A stretch of 64,000 bases of DNA from Prasinococcaceae sp. CCMP 1430 (GCA_013416795.1 RQSC01000008.1:279582-343581); one strand, 5' to 3'. Counted from the first letter of the stretch, positions 14,426-27,725 are shown. Numbers and translations are program-made. The notes: a model not told the origin generated them from the sequence alone.

Positions 14426-16428
14426 CTATGGCAGCTCGCGCCCACGCACGTCGATCAGTGCCATCATGATGGCATGCGGCGCGGCCAGTCCTGTCAGCGA
14501 TGCGCACGCAATCGCGAGCGCGACGGTCGCGTCGATGCCGGGCTCCAGCCAGGCCGAGTGAACGCGTGCGGAGGCAGCGGAGGCAAAACATCGAGCTCAG
14601 GTGGTGGGCGCGCTCTCGACATTTGAGGGCGCTGACACGACGTACGAACGATCGGGTAGCCGCGCCTCTCGCGCGGAAAGTCGATGCCGTAGCACGAGAG
14701 TTGCCCGCCCGGCGCCACCCCGAGGGGGTTGTTGATCTCATCGTAGAGCAGCAAAGGAAGGATGAAGAAGAGCACGAGCAGAGAGACCAGGCCACCGACC
14801 AAGAGTGCCCACGTCTTCCAGCGCGGCATGGAGTGCACGCGCGTCAAGAAGAGGCTCGCTGGCACGAGCCCGCTCAGTAGTCCGCCCAGATGTGAGTACG
14901 ACGAGACCGCATCGTCCGTGATGAGCTCAACCGTCATGATGGCCACGGCTCCCAGGAATATGAGGATGCGTGGGATGGGCCTCAAGATCGAGTCGAAGTT
15001 AACGACGAGGTCGGCGATGAGCAAGGCCACCATGCCGTACACGCCGCCGCTGAGGCCCGAGTAGATGCTGCAATTGCTTTCGAAGAGCGTGGACAGGAGA
15101 TTGCCGCCGACTATCGTCAAGAGTACGGTGGGCGCCAGTCGCACGGCGCCGTAGCGCCGCTCAAGGAAGCCGCCAATGGCCGCGAAAGCGAAGCTGTTTG
15201 TTGCCAGATGCCAGAAGTCCACATGGACGAAGGCGCTGCTGGCGAGCGTCCACCAGCGGTTGCCTTCGGCGTACAGGAGCGGATCGAACCTGGCGCCCCA
15301 CATGCCAAGGTAGTCGGGATCGAGCTTGGTGAAGCACTTGCGCATGAGCACCCAGTTGAAGATGCCCGCCCCAACGCCAAACTCGCGCTCGTACTGCTCC
15401 TTGCACTGATCGTCCGCGTAGGACGCGCCTGGATCTAAGACGGTGCAAACGTCGAGGCGCCACGCCGGAAATTGCGCGACTGCCGCAATCCACAGGCCCA
15501 CACAGGCAAGAACGATGAGCGGGGTGAGCATCACGGCGTGCCCCCCAACGCGGTTGGGCGCGATCGCGCGCCAGGCCTTCTTGCACGCCAACATGGCGCC
15601 GCGGCAGTCAAGGCGGACGCTCACGCCACAGCCACCATGGACACCCCCCCTGGGTGATTTGTCTCCCACGGCGTCATCGCCCCTTGTCGTCCTGCTGGTG
15701 CCATCACTCGCGAACGTGGTCACGGCTGGAGGGTACTCTGTTGAGTGCCGCCGCGCGGGCTGGGGCGATTGCGCCCAGGCCTGGCTCGTCGTCGCTTGAG
15801 AGGCACCGGTGCTGCCTCCTCCTCCTTCCACGTCGAGGTCCGCGGGCGCAAGAACGCCGCGAGGTGTCGCATCCTGGCGCTGGCGCGCAGAGACGATCTC
15901 CCGCACCTCGGCTCCGTCTTGGGCCATGACGAGCTTCCTAGCGATCTGCAGCAGGGTGCGGGCGCCGTGCACGAGCGGGGAGAGGGGAGAACGAGGGGTC
16001 TTCTCGATTTCGAGGCCGTCGCCTCGAGCGGCTCGCCCGCCGCCGCGCCCGATCAATTCGGAGGGCGTCGAAGTCTGTTCGCGGGCATCGCGCAGGCCGT
16101 GTGTCCAGGCAGAGGCGAGGCGGTTGGCAAAGATTCCGCTGCCTTCGGCACCGCGGTGTGTGCTCCTGTCGTAGTCGCCCGAGCCCGTCACGCTGGCTGG
16201 CGTCCTGACCGATGTCACCTCGAGCAGCTCCGGACGGGCTAAGCCCGCTGTCCTAATTGGTGGCACCGGGCCGCGGCGGCGGCCGGCCTGGCTCGCGTCC
16301 CGCGCCGAGGGCAGCAGCGGCGGCGGCGCGCGCGCCGGCTCCGAAGGGGAGGGCGACGGCGGCGGCACGAACGCGAACACCTCCTCTCCGTCCGAGTCGG
16401 CGCGAACTGGCCCGGCGGCGTGCGCCAT
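14426..16428 (-). CDS. Rhomboid-family intramembrane serine protease; probable 3' intron (~14493-14645) before a short last exon
   Basis: WWTLASSAFVHVDFWHLATN, catalytic GLSGG (GxSG) and SHLGG His, several TM helices. Start taken at MAHAAG (16428). Last exon inferred from GTACGT...GCTGACAG. Confidence 0.88.
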
Positions 16429-17019
16429 CGCGGCCGCGCGGCGCGAGGCCGGCAGGGGCAACACCGACCGGCGATGCCAGTGGCCTGTCGGCTCTCGCCG
16501 CCGGGAGGGGCAGAGGAGGGCGCGACGCTGAGTACGTGCGAGTGGAGGGAGGACGCGCACACCACTCCGCGCACGCTATGGCAGCAGGTCGCCTTCGCCC
16601 CCAACACCTGCCGCCCGTGAGTGCGCGCCCGCGCGCGCGCCCGCGCGCGGTGCTTCGTCCCGCGCGCGCGACGGCCGGCAGCGCTGCCCCGCCGCCGATC
16701 CGGATCCGGCAGGGCCGAAGCGGCGGAGCGCGCGCGAGTCCGAGTCGGCCGCGTTCGCGCGCCGCGTTCAACACCCCGCCTCGCCGCACAAATGCAATGC
16801 GTTTTGACGTATTTTCACTCGCCCGTGGGCGAGTTTTGGCGCGCGCGCGTGCCACGCAGGGGCAGACCTTCCGGAGAATCTCCCATCTGATCGCATCGGA
16901 CCGCGGCGTGATACGAAAAGGCGTTCAAAAAATGTGATGGACCTCGCCTCGCAACTTGCACTATGGTCGGTGGGGAACGCGTGCCGTGTGTGATTCGGTT
17001 CGGGGCAAAGTGTGTGTGC

Positions 17020-17068
17020 GTTGTTTGTTTGTTTGTTTGTTTTGTTTGTTTGTTTGTTTGTTTGTTTG
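17020..17068. repeat. (GTTT)n microsatellite
   Basis: Directly visible run of about 12 units. Confidence 0.95.
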
Positions 17069-17172
17069 CGGGGCGCTGAGGCCGCTGTGTGGGGCCGTGG
17101 CGCCGCGCGTGGCGCGCGCGGGCCGCAGGAGGGCGGGAGGGCGCGGGGGCAGGGTGCGGGCGGCACTTGCAG

Positions 17173-18850
17173 TCGAAGCGCGCGCGCGACGGCGGCGAGG
17201 GCGGTGGCGCTGGGAGCGCGGACGCCCCCGCGACCGAGGATGTGTCCGCCAATAAAGCGACCGCAGAGGCCGCAATCGCAGCGGGCGTGTGGCTGAGGCA
17301 GCGATACGGCGTCAAGGTGAGTGCTGAGAGTCTCACACCCAGACCGACGCGTCGCCGCCGTGATTGCCAGTCGAGGTTGTTCGCAGAAGGCATTGTGCGC
17401 TATTTTTTGTCTCGTGCGAGGCCACGCATCATTTGTGCAGCGGAGCCGAAGATTGTCCCGCTGACGCGCGCATTCCCACACAGGGCACCGCGGCGCTGTA
17501 CGGGGATCAAGATGACGTTGAAGAGGGCGTGTGCAAGGCGCCGGATCCCGAGGATGGCGCGGCCGGAGCGACGATAGGCTCGATATTGCACTGCGCTGCG
17601 TGGCAGAGCCGTCTCTACGGCGCCATGGCGTTGCCGGAGGGCGTCGAGCACGTGTGCGAGGGGCCGCTGTGTGGGACGTTCATCACTCGCGTCGTCGAAG
17701 AGGGCGAAGAGGAGGCGGGTGTAATCGTCGAGTGGGAGCGCCGCAGGCAGCGAAAGCGTCGACTCATGAAGCACGAGGCTGCCCTGCTCGCGGAGCGAGG
17801 CGAAACGCCGCCGCTTGACCTGTGGGCGTGGTTTCGCTTCTGGGAGTATCTGGGCCCGCTCTTCGGCGGCACGCAGAGCGCCCAGACGTGTGTCGCGTAC
17901 TGGATAGGCTACACGTTCTTCTGGGGCTCCATACTCTTCATCGTTGGCGCCGCCGGCAGCGTGAGCTCGTACGTGCTCGCCGACGCCACGCGCACCCAAC
18001 TTGCGTCAAACCTGCCGTATTTGGTGGGTTCACTCTTCTTCGACGTCGGCTGCCTCGGGCTATTGATCGAAGCCGAGAATGAGGACCAACACCACGAGGC
18101 GCATCAGTGGCACCATCGCCGCTTCGAATTGTGCCAAAAGTTGGTGCTCACGCGCGCCGCCACGGCGGCCCGCGAGCGCCTCCGCGATGAGTCTGTCAAG
18201 GTCGATGCCCAGGAGCAGGTGAGCGACGACAGCTCCGCGGACGACTCCACGGCGCGCCTTCTGAAGGAGCACGATGCATCCCCGCCGCATTACCGTTGGG
18301 TGCCGCGTCCGTGGCCGAACGTCCTACTCACGCGGCCGGCGATGCTCGGTGCGGTGATTTTCATGCTTGGCGCCCTCGGGTTCACGGCAGGCGTCATCGG
18401 CAGCATCTGTGAGACGGCGGGCGTCGTGCTGACCGAAACGCAGTCAGAGTGGTGGATCAACTTCTCGTGAGTAGTTTGCGCAGCGAATGCACCTTCAAGG
18501 CAATGCTCTTGGCGCTGACGTCTGTTCGCTCGATTCGCAGGTACACCTTCGGCGGAGCCGGCTTCGTCGCGGGAGGTTTCGTGTACGCAGCCGAGGCGAG
18601 CCACAGCGTCATCAAGGGCATCGTTCCTCTCAGCTGCAAGAGCTTCAGCTCCATCTCGTGGTGGATAAACATTCTGAACTTCTACGGTGGCGTCGGCTTT
18701 CTCATTGCAGGCGGCCTTTTCTACGCAGACCTGAGCTTTCGTGCATACCAGATCCAGACTGTGTTCAACTATCTCTTCGCCAGCGTGCTTTATCTCGTGG
18801 CATCCTACCTGACGGTCATCGAGGCGACCAACCCCGGGCGCCAGTTCTGA
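17173..18850 (+). CDS. Multi-pass membrane protein, YrhK-like; introns 17317..17483 and 18467..18540; true start not resolved
   Basis: Repeated TM hairpins (YWIGYTFFWGSILFIVGA, LGAVIFMLGALGF, WWINFS|YTFGGAGF, WWINILNFYGGVGFLIAG); canonical GTGAGT donors and CAG acceptors keep the frame. Confidence 0.7.
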
Positions 18851-19078
18851 ATGTGGCTGGCTGGGCCTTTGATGACGCTTTTCCTCGCCTACAGCCGCGT
18901 GCTTCCCAGCTCCCTGCAGCGCTGTTGCAGCGCACGTTTCGCAGCTTTGCTGCCGTAGCCACCGTGGGAAGCGACGACTCTGTCGACCTCTTTTTGCAAA
19001 TCGCGACGAAGGAGTCTGTCAGAGCACTGTCCGCACGCGACCGTTGAAGCTCAATCTAGCCGTGGCATTTGCACGAAG

Positions 19079-19693
19079 CTATGCAATGGGGGCGCCGAAT
19101 TGCGTGGCAGACGCTCGCGCGGACAGCCAGGCAGACGGCTGGCGTGGCGCACCGTTGGTGGCAAAATTCTGCCGCTCGTGTGCGGTGGTCCCTTGCCATT
19201 CGTCGTGCCTCGACAACAGCATGCACACGTACTTGATGCACGAGCTGCGCTTAAGCACAGGATGCTCCACCTGGAGCGCAACTCCGGACGCAACGAGTTC
19301 ATCCCGCGCGGCAGTCTCCCATTTGAACTTATGGGACTTCTTGCTCGCGATGTCCAGAGCGACCTTGTCTATGAATTCCCTGTGGGCGTCTAGGTCGACC
19401 CCAAAGGCCTTGCTCAGGTCCTTGCGCAGGCGCTTGACGCTGACGGTTTCGATGTCGGCATCTTTCAAGTACGCACGCACGGCGGTGAGCAGCTCGCCCA
19501 GCGAGGGCATGTGTGCGTCGCGGTTGCGAAGGGCGTACTGCGGGCTCGCCGTGTCCTCATTACCGGCCGCCGCCTCATGCCCCGTCGCCCCTCTCGCCTT
19601 CTTCCTTTTGCGACCATCCACGGTGGCAAGCTGCACGCGCGCGGGGCGCTTTCGCGAGGTCTCCTGCTCCACCGCTGCTGCCGCCGGTGCCAT
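19079..19693 (-). CDS. Small protein with DEK C-terminal domain
   Basis: ELLTAVRAYLKDADIETVSVKRLRKDLSKAFGVDLDAHREFIDKV matches the DEK_C pattern; basic NLS-like RKRKKAR. Confidence 0.7.
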   Translation of the reverse strand: MAPAAAAVEQETSRKRPARVQLATVDGRKRKKARGATGHEAAAGNEDTASPQYALRNRDAHMPSLGELLTAVRAYLKDADIETVSVKRLRKDLSKAFGVDLDAHREFIDKVALDIASKKSHKFKWETAARDELVASGVALQVEHPVLKRSSCIKYVCMLLSRHDEWQGTTAHERQNFATNGAPRQPSAWLSARASATQFGAPIA

Positions 19694-20325
19694 TTAAAGC
19701 CTCCCGCCAGCGATCTCATCTCCCTCGGCCTCCTCGCCCAGCTCGACACGGACGGCGGCAACATCCCGCTCGGCGAGGGCATAGCCGTGCGCAACACCAG
19801 CCTCAGTCATCACGCCATCACCAACATCCGCGCCCGCACCCTCGACGACCCCCTGCGATCCCTCGCGCATGGCGACGGCGGCGGTGGCGTCGCGCTCGGT
19901 GGCGGGGACGCCGTCCCCGCCCGTCATCTTTCAGCCGCCCCCAGCAGGGGTGGGCAGGGCGGGGGGCGGGAGGGGGGGGTACAGCGCGGGGGCGGCGCTC
20001 CGGACCGCGCGCGCAGACTGCCCGCATCGCAGCGCGCTGCTGCGGCGCGCGTTCAGTGGGACTTAATTTGGGCGCCCGTTTCTTTTTCGTTTCGGGGTTC
20101 GCGCGGGCGGGGGCCATCACATTGTGTCTTGGCATTTCAACATTCTGAACATTCTGAGTGGGGTGTCCTTCCCAGTGCGTTTTGATGGCGAAGGCTGTTG
20201 GCGTGTGTGTTTGCCCACGCGGGCGCGCGCGCCATCGGCCGGCGGGCACAGCGCGGCGCGGCAGGGGCCAGACGGTGTGCGTGCGGCGGGGGCTTCCCGC
20301 CGGCCAGAGTCGACAGCTCGCGCAG

Positions 20326-21372
20326 ATGGCACGCGCCCGGATTGTGAGGCGGCTCGTCGCGGCGGCCGGTGTGGCCGTCGCAGCGAGCCCCACGGCGTGG
20401 CTCTCGTTGCTTGGGGGGGCGCTCGCCCACGGCGACGAAGATGCCTCGCAGGCTGCCCTGCGCTGCCTCTCTCTCGCGCGTGCAGACACTTCGGGTGGGC
20501 GGGCCGCGGTGGCGTGCATCGTGCCCGTGCCGTCCGACACTGATGCTGATGTGGTGGATCTGTACGCCGCGTTCGATGCTGAGGCGCTCGGTGCGACGAT
20601 ATCAGTGAACAAATTGGAGCTGACCGCAGTCTCGGAGAGTGGCGAGCTCTGCGGTGGCGGCGCTGCCGCGGGATTCTTCAGCGACCGCACGAAGAGTGGC
20701 GAGAGCAGCCAAAACGGGGACGGGCCGGACTCCCAATGCGATCCGGTCGCGGGGGCGGGCGTCTTGGGCGGGCTTGTTCCCAAGCAGTTGCTGCAGCGCC
20801 CCGTTTCAGATGCTGACATCGTCACGTGGTTTGTTTGGGAGGACAAGGCGGTCGCCGTAAACGCAACCCAGCTGGCCACCAGCAGCAGCTCAACCGCGCG
20901 CGCGGGCGACTCGGACGCTGGCGGGGCGGGCGCAGTGCATCTCGCTTCGTTCCGCGCAGCCGCTTCGACCGTGTGCTCCTTTTACGACCTCTTCTTTGTT
21001 TCGTTCGATCTCGTATCGCCAGACACGGACGCCTCTGCCAACGGAACCCAGCAGGAGACAGAGACGACCCTCGGTGGCGATGGCGGTCCGCCCGTAGTGG
21101 TCGACATGGACGAGTTCTTCGCTCGGCGCTATCGGGAGGGCGGCGCGTGCGAGAGCTACGATGCGGCAAGGGAGGCGGCAGGGGTGGGAAGCGCTGATGT
21201 TCTTGACGGGCCGGGTTTCGCTGGCTACGCCGTCCCTCTTGGAGGCTTCTTTTTCGTGGTGGCCCTCGCTGCCGCGCTGCGCACGATGCTCTCAGGCGGC
21301 TCGCAGCTCGCGAATCGTGGCGGCTTCCGCCGACTCGGGGCACAAGCCGCTGCGCCCCAAGGGGCGGTGTGA
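20326..21372 (+). CDS. Predicted type I membrane protein of unknown function
   Basis: Hydrophobic N-terminal signal-like segment (RLVAAAGVAVAASPTAWLSLLGGALA), acidic Cys-containing ectodomain, C-terminal TM (YAVPLGGFFFVVALAAAL) and short basic tail. Confidence 0.65.
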   Translation: MARARIVRRLVAAAGVAVAASPTAWLSLLGGALAHGDEDASQAALRCLSLARADTSGGRAAVACIVPVPSDTDADVVDLYAAFDAEALGATISVNKLELTAVSESGELCGGGAAAGFFSDRTKSGESSQNGDGPDSQCDPVAGAGVLGGLVPKQLLQRPVSDADIVTWFVWEDKAVAVNATQLATSSSSTARAGDSDAGGAGAVHLASFRAAASTVCSFYDLFFVSFDLVSPDTDASANGTQQETETTLGGDGGPPVVVDMDEFFARRYREGGACESYDAAREAAGVGSADVLDGPGFAGYAVPLGGFFFVVALAAALRTMLSGGSQLANRGGFRRLGAQAAAPQGAV

Positions 21373-22016
21373 TGAAGGCGATGGCAGGTAGACTCAGCCC
21401 AGCGCCACAGGTTGCTGTACTCCAGTGTGCATGGCGATGGCGACCAGGGCAAGCGCGCCGGGGATGCATCTCGACTAGCTTTAGTCCTGCCGCGCTGTCT
21501 TGGCCACTTTCATGTACTGTACGTAAGCACAGGTAGCACACCCCGCGAAGCGCGCGAGCCCTCGGCTCGGTCGACCCAAACGCTCGAGCTCAGCAACGCC
21601 GACCACATCTGTGCAACTCGCGATGCGCTTATTAGTCTAGTGGCGCGTCAGATGGATGACTACGCACGTCACGTGACAGTATAATGCACGACGCTCATCG
21701 CAAACGAACGATTGCATCAGACCGCCATTGAAATGAACGAACACAATCCTAAACCCCATATTGGCAATGCATGGATGGGACAGGAAGTCATCAAAGCGCA
21801 TTGAGGGGCCGCGCGGGAAGCGTACTGCTGAGCGCCGCAGCGGCGCAGTCTTGCGGCTGTCTGGCCGCGGCACTCGTCGCGCGCACGGCGTCGCGCCGCC
21901 GGTCGAAGCGCGCCAGAGGCACCTCCTCGAGTGGCGCTTTCCCACGCGAGCGCACGACGAGCCGCGGTCTGACTTGGTCCCATCTGCCGCGGTCGCGCAC
22001 CGCCGCGGCCGCAGGC

Positions 22017-23860
22017 ATGCAGCCGCAGGGCGTGCTCCGCGTCGCTGCCGCCGCCGCCGCCGTGTGGGTGCTGCGCGGGCGGATGCTCGACGTGCTCGAG
22101 GGAGTCCTGCAGGCGCTCACGGGGCAGCGCGCCAAGGGCAAACTCAACTCATTCCTTCGCGGCAACTTTGCTCCCGTGAGAGAGGAGAGGGGGCCGCTGG
22201 AGTGCGAGGTTGTCGAAGGCGAGCTGCCCGAGGAGCTCGATGGCGTGTTCGTGCGCACCGGGCCCAATCCAGCCGTGGAGCCCACCGGGGACGCGCATTG
22301 GTTCGACGGCGACGGCATGCTTCATTGCATGCGTCTGAAGGCGCGGCGCGCGCCGCTCTACACCAACCGCTACGTGCAGACCCCGCGGTATTCGCTCGAG
22401 TCGAAGGCAGGCCATCCGCTCTTCACCAAGGTTGGTGACATGGTGGGGGGGTTTGGCATAGCGCGCATCCTGCTCGGGCTGGTGCGCGCCCTTGTACGCG
22501 ACAGAGGCCTCACGCCGGGGACGTCCGGCTCGACGGCAAACACCGCGCTGGAGTTCCATCCCGGCAGCGGCTTGCTCGCGTTAAATGAAGGCGCGGCACC
22601 GTTCGCGCTGCGCCTCGACGAGCGCACGGGTGAACCGGCCACCGCTGGCGAGGCCACGTGGCGAGGCGCCCTCACGGGCCCATTCACCGCGCACCCGAAG
22701 GCGTGCCCGTCCACCGGGGAGATGTGGACCTTCGGCTACGCGGGCAGGGAGAGCAAGGCACTGGGCGGCGCCCTCGTGCAAGTCGCCTGCGTGGATGCGA
22801 AGGGTCACGTCACTCGCCAGATACCCATCCATGACGTGACGCAGGCTGTGATGATGCACGATTGTGCGCTCACCGAGAAGCACTTCATCCTGATGGACCA
22901 CCCGCTGGTCTTTGACCCGAAGCGCATGATGGAAAGTGTTGACGGACTGCCCATCGCGTTCGACGAGACGCGCCCGAGCCGTTACGGGCTCCTGAGCCGC
23001 GAGGCGGTGGACGACAGCGACATTGTATGGTTCGCCCTGCCCGCGCACATGGTCTTCCACACGCTGTGCGCCTGGGAGGAAGGGGATGAAACCACTCTCT
23101 TTGCCTGCGTCGCAGACCGCGCCGAGCTTGCCGATGCCATGGCCAAGGTCCAGAAAGGGCAGCGCTATGCTGAATTCTACTCGAACCCCGCGACGCGCCC
23201 GAGACTCAGCTGCATCCGCATGAACAGGTGCACGGGGGAAGCGACCGTCGAGGACGTCCTGTCGCGCGACTACATCGTTGACTTCCCTCGCACACATCCC
23301 GCGCGCACGGGGCGCAAGATGCAGCACGGGTACCTGACTCGATTCAGGCAGCGCGGCGGGCTTCTCGTCCAGGGCTGCGTCAAGGTCTGCCTGAGCTCTG
23401 GCACAGTTTCCGGCGAAGTAGCTTTCGATAAGGACGAGCATGGCGGCGAGGTCCTCTTTGTCCCCCGCAGCCTCGACCCGGATGCGGCCGATGACGACGG
23501 CTGGCTCATGGTGCGTAGCCTGTCAACTAGAAGTGCCCGACAGCAGTCGCTCTGCCCCTCTCTCCCCCCCCTTCCCCGCCCCGCGCGCGCGCACAGCGCG
23601 TCTGCTTTCGCCCGCAGGTGCGCGTACGCGCGTGCGCGCTGACGAGCGCCGGGCCCTCTCCCCCGCGAATGGGAACTGCGTCGCAGTGCTTCACGCACGA
23701 CGAAAACCGGGGTGTCGACTTCCTGCGAGTGTACGACGCGACCAAGATGGAGCCGACGGCACGCATTCTGGTCCCATGCCGTGTCCCGTACGGTTTCCAC
23801 TCGCATTTTGTTCGCAGTGATCAGCTCGAGCACGTGAACGCCGCGCCCGCGACGCCGTGA
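22017..23860 (+). CDS. Carotenoid cleavage dioxygenase (RPE65/CCD family); intron 23511..23686
   Basis: GELPEELDGVFVRTGPNP, four Fe-ligand His (DGDGMLH, FTAHPK, MMHD, PYGFH), GEVLFVPR...DDGWLM|CFTHDE. Confidence 0.93.
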
Positions 23861-24464
23861 TGTGATGGCACAACAACCTCACACGTTCGCCGTGCGGCGC
23901 GCCATGCCCGCGGTCTGAGAGAGAGCGGCGACAGTGGGGACTCAGGACATCGCATCTATAAGCGGATGCGCGCGCCAAGGCAAATGTGCGGCGCGCGCGC
24001 GGAGGAGAGCGAAGGCCCACCTGCGAGTGGCAAGCGTGCGCGGCGCAGAACAAGACACGAGGCGGCGAGCGTATAGTGTACCATCGTTGCATGCCAAGGA
24101 GCTGCACTTAAATGTATGTACATGTGTTTGTAGCGGGTTCCCAGGCCGTGCCGTGGCGCCGCGAGGCGGACGCAGACAGGGGCGCGTATGCGGCGAGGAG
24201 CTCAGCGGCTGCTTTCCTCCGTCCTCCAGCTCCGAGTCGCGGGTGCGCGCCCCCCCCGCGCCTCTGGACGGCCCGCGCCGCCTTCGCGCCCGTCGCCGTT
24301 TCCACGGAGGTCACACAATTCGGATGCGCAAATCCGCGAATTCGTGGCAGTTCGGCTGGCACTGCGCGCAATTCAGCCCATTCTGCAATTCAACCTAATT
24401 TTAGATCCGTCGTTTCGATCTCGCTCGCTGCGGCACGCGATCGCCCATCAGGCGTGAGGATAAA

Positions 24465-26233
24465 ATGCGGATGCGCGCTCGAGCCGCGCCGGCCACGTGC
24501 GGCTCTCACACCGTCACGCGCGGCGGCAGCGGCAGGGCAGCGACGGCGCCACACGCACCACGAGAGAGGGGGGCGGAGGCGGCGGTGGAGCGGGCCGCAG
24601 TTGGGACCCATCGGCGGGCAGGTGGGTGGGAGAAGGCCCTCTGGCGGCTGCCGGCAGTCGCGCGTGCGCCATACAGTGAGAGAGGGAGGGAGGGCGAGGG
24701 AGGGAAGGTGCCGCGCAGACCGCCGGTTGGGCCCGCGGCCGCGCTGGCGGAAACAGCCGGGGCGCGGCCGGCGGGCCGCCGCCTCGAGCTCGCGCGCGGC
24801 GCGGACCTGCTCGTGGCGCTGGCGCGCGCACTCGTGGAGATGATACGATGGGCGGCATCGTGCTGCGGCGCCGGTGGTGGGGACGGCGGTTTGGGAGGCG
24901 GCGGCGGCCGCTTGCGCAGAGCGGCGGCGTTGCCGGCGCTGGCTAGTGCTGGCGCACACCATGCCGGCAACGGCAGCAGGCGCGGCCGCGACGGCTCGAA
25001 GGCGCGCGGAGGCCTCCCGGAGGTACGCACGCGCGCGCACGCGCATGCGTGCGCAGGTTCGAGCACGCGTGCGCGCGTATGCGCTTGCGTGCATTGCTCA
25101 TGGCACCTTTGCGATGGGAAGTGTGCTGACAGCAAAACACTCTCGGCAGGTGTGCTACTTCCCCGGCGCGGGCGCTTTCTTCTTCTGGCAGCTTGGGTTT
25201 GCCCAGGAGCTCGAGGCTCGGTGCGCGCGAAAACACCTGCGCACCACGCGCCTCATCGGGTGCTCCGCCGGTGCGCTTGTCGCGGCGCTCGCGACAGCTG
25301 AGGTGTCGCCACAGCGCGCGCTCGACCTGGCTGCAAAGCTGTCCATTGACAACGGCATCAAGCTGGGCAGCGCCTATGGAATCACTAACCTGGGTGGCAT
25401 CCTCCACGAATGGCTCGAGGTGCGAGATTTCAGAGCACTCTTGCCCCTAGCGAGCTTGTCAACCGACAAGCTCTCTCAGACTACCTCTCGCCGGTGCACG
25501 TGCTGACACGAAGGTTCCGCGACGCACCCTCGTCCGATGCGCTCAATCACAGGAACTCCTACCGGAAGATGCGGGCGAGCGGCTGAGCGGCCGTTGCGGC
25601 ATCGTCGTGCGCGACGTGCGCTCGCGCAAATCGTACATCGTGACTCACTACAGCTCAAAACAGGACGTCATCGACGCGCTTGCTGCAAGCGTGCACATAC
25701 CGCTGCTCTCGAGGGGCAAGCCCGCATATGACTTCCGAGGGCGGCCCTGCGCTGACGCATGCTTCTTCGACCCGCGCGAGGGGCTCACGGACGCAATCGC
25801 TTCTTCGCTGGGCGTGCGGGACGCCGCTGCCGCGCGCGATTCGATGTGGGAGTGCACTTTTTCTTTGGATGTGCGCAACAAGGCCTACAAAGCCCTCAGT
25901 CTTCCGACGAAGGAGGAGGCCACTACATGGATGGGGTGGGGGAGGGAGAGCGCGGCCGCGCACTTGAATAAACAGGGAGGTGCCGTGCGCAACTCAAGAG
26001 ATGAGGCGGATTGGCTGAGCAAGGCCGTGTTCAGGGTGTCGATCGCAGGGGCAGGCGCGCTCGGATCGCTCGCACGCGCGCTGGTCACAGTTGACGAGTG
26101 GTGCGGCAATGGACGCAGGCGAAGGACGGAGAGGGAACGGCAGCGCAGTCTCAAACGGGAAACCTCCTCCACCCACGTCGCCAAGGCAGGCGATGTCGAC
26201 GGCGCCGGCGATGCCCCAGCGGCATCGGCCTGA
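24465..26233 (+). CDS. Patatin-like phospholipase; introns 25023..25149 and 25420..25552
   Basis: Gly-rich YFPGAGAFFFWQLG, nucleophile elbow GCSAG, DVIDALAASVHIP and a downstream Asp (CADAC); splice sites are in frame. Confidence 0.82.
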
Positions 26234-26494
26234 ACGTGGACACGCACGCACGCACACATCGCCACCCAGTGGTTGCGCGCGCCGCAGCGGCCATGCGGCG
26301 ATAAATGCATGCATGGATCATGGCTCGTGCCAACTCAATGCACGGCCGCATTGTCACCCGCCAGTCGCACGCCCGGCCACTTCGCAAGGATGCACCGCGC
26401 GCGGTGCGATTAGCGCGCTCGCGAATGGGGTAATCGCAATCGTCGTCACGGCTTGCGAAGGGTGGGCCTACGCGCGACGCGCGACTTGCTCTTC

Positions 26495-27245
26495 TTACTT
26501 GAGCTTCTTCATGGTCTTGTCCAGAGCCGCCTTCACCTGCTTCATATCAGCGCCCTCGACGGTCTCGGGAGCGTCCTTGGTACCCTTTGCGTAAACCTTG
26601 AATGTGGGCATGCACTGGACCTCAGCATACTGCATGGCGTCGCGCGCCTTGTCCACGTTGACCTTGAGGAAGATCGCGCGTTTGTACGCTCCCTCCTCAC
26701 TGAGGCGCGCGTAGTCAGGCGCAATTTGCTTGCACGGGCCGCACCAGTCGGCGTAGAAGTCAACGACCGCTGCCTTCTTCTCCTTCGCTGCGCTCTCGAG
26801 CGCCGCGACGAGCTCTTCCTTGGAGTTAATGGCCTGGACGTTTCCGCCGTGGTCAGGAATCGGCCGTGTTGAGGTGTAGAGGCGGTACATCATCATGCCC
26901 AGGGACAAGAGCAGCGCTGCGCGTGCGCGCGCGAGGAAAGTGGCGACGAGCCGGCGCGCGTCAGCGATAACGCGCAGGCGGGCGAGACTGAGCGCCCTGG
27001 CCGGATGCGGGCGCTCGGCGCGATTCAGGGCTCGCGCGTGGCGTCCGGCGGGCGGACACGACACATGCTCCGCGCCACGCCCGTTCTCGCCGTCCGCCCG
27101 CGCGGCCACCGCGCGCGCGGCGGCGCGCGCGCCACGCACTCGGCCGCTTCCTGAAGAAGTCGACCCAGGACTGGAGGTACTCCTGCAAGTCTTCGAAGTC
27201 CGCCGACATGATCGCCTCGAGCCTGTAGCCGATCTCCTCGAACAT
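26495..27245 (-). CDS. Thioredoxin with N-terminal extension and hydrophobic segment; one intron
   Basis: VVDFYADWCGPCKQIAP active site, FLKVNVD, MPTF; upstream exon MFEEIGYRLEA... from ATG 27245. Confidence 0.9.
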
Positions 27246-27725
27246 GGTGGCTGCCCCCCCACAGCCCGCCCGCCCCGCCCGCAGCGGCGCGCCCGTGTGG
27301 CGCCCGCCCACCGCCCGCCGCCCCGCACCGATCGCCGGCGGACGGAACCGAACTCACTTTGACCTTCCTTTCGAGACAGACAGAGTCTCCCCTTTCGTTT
27401 TTGATATTGGACGAGCTACGTCAAAACGCACGTGATCGCGCGGGGCGCCGACGGCGACGGCCTGCCCGCCCGCCGCCCGCGGGGGCACACAACCCGAACC
27501 GGTAAAAGGGTGGGGAAGAGGGTTTGATTCAAGCATCGAGCACAGCGCAGCGCGGCAGGCGGAGCACGCGGGCAGCGACGCTGGCGGAGCGGGACGGGGG
27601 CGGAACGAGCGCGCGACTGCGAAGCGGAGCGGGGCCACGCGAGGGTCGCGTTGGGCGAGCGACGCCACGGCCCGCGCCGGCGCACGCGAATCGGGCGGGG
27701 GAATGAGGGTCGGCGCGCTGGTGCT

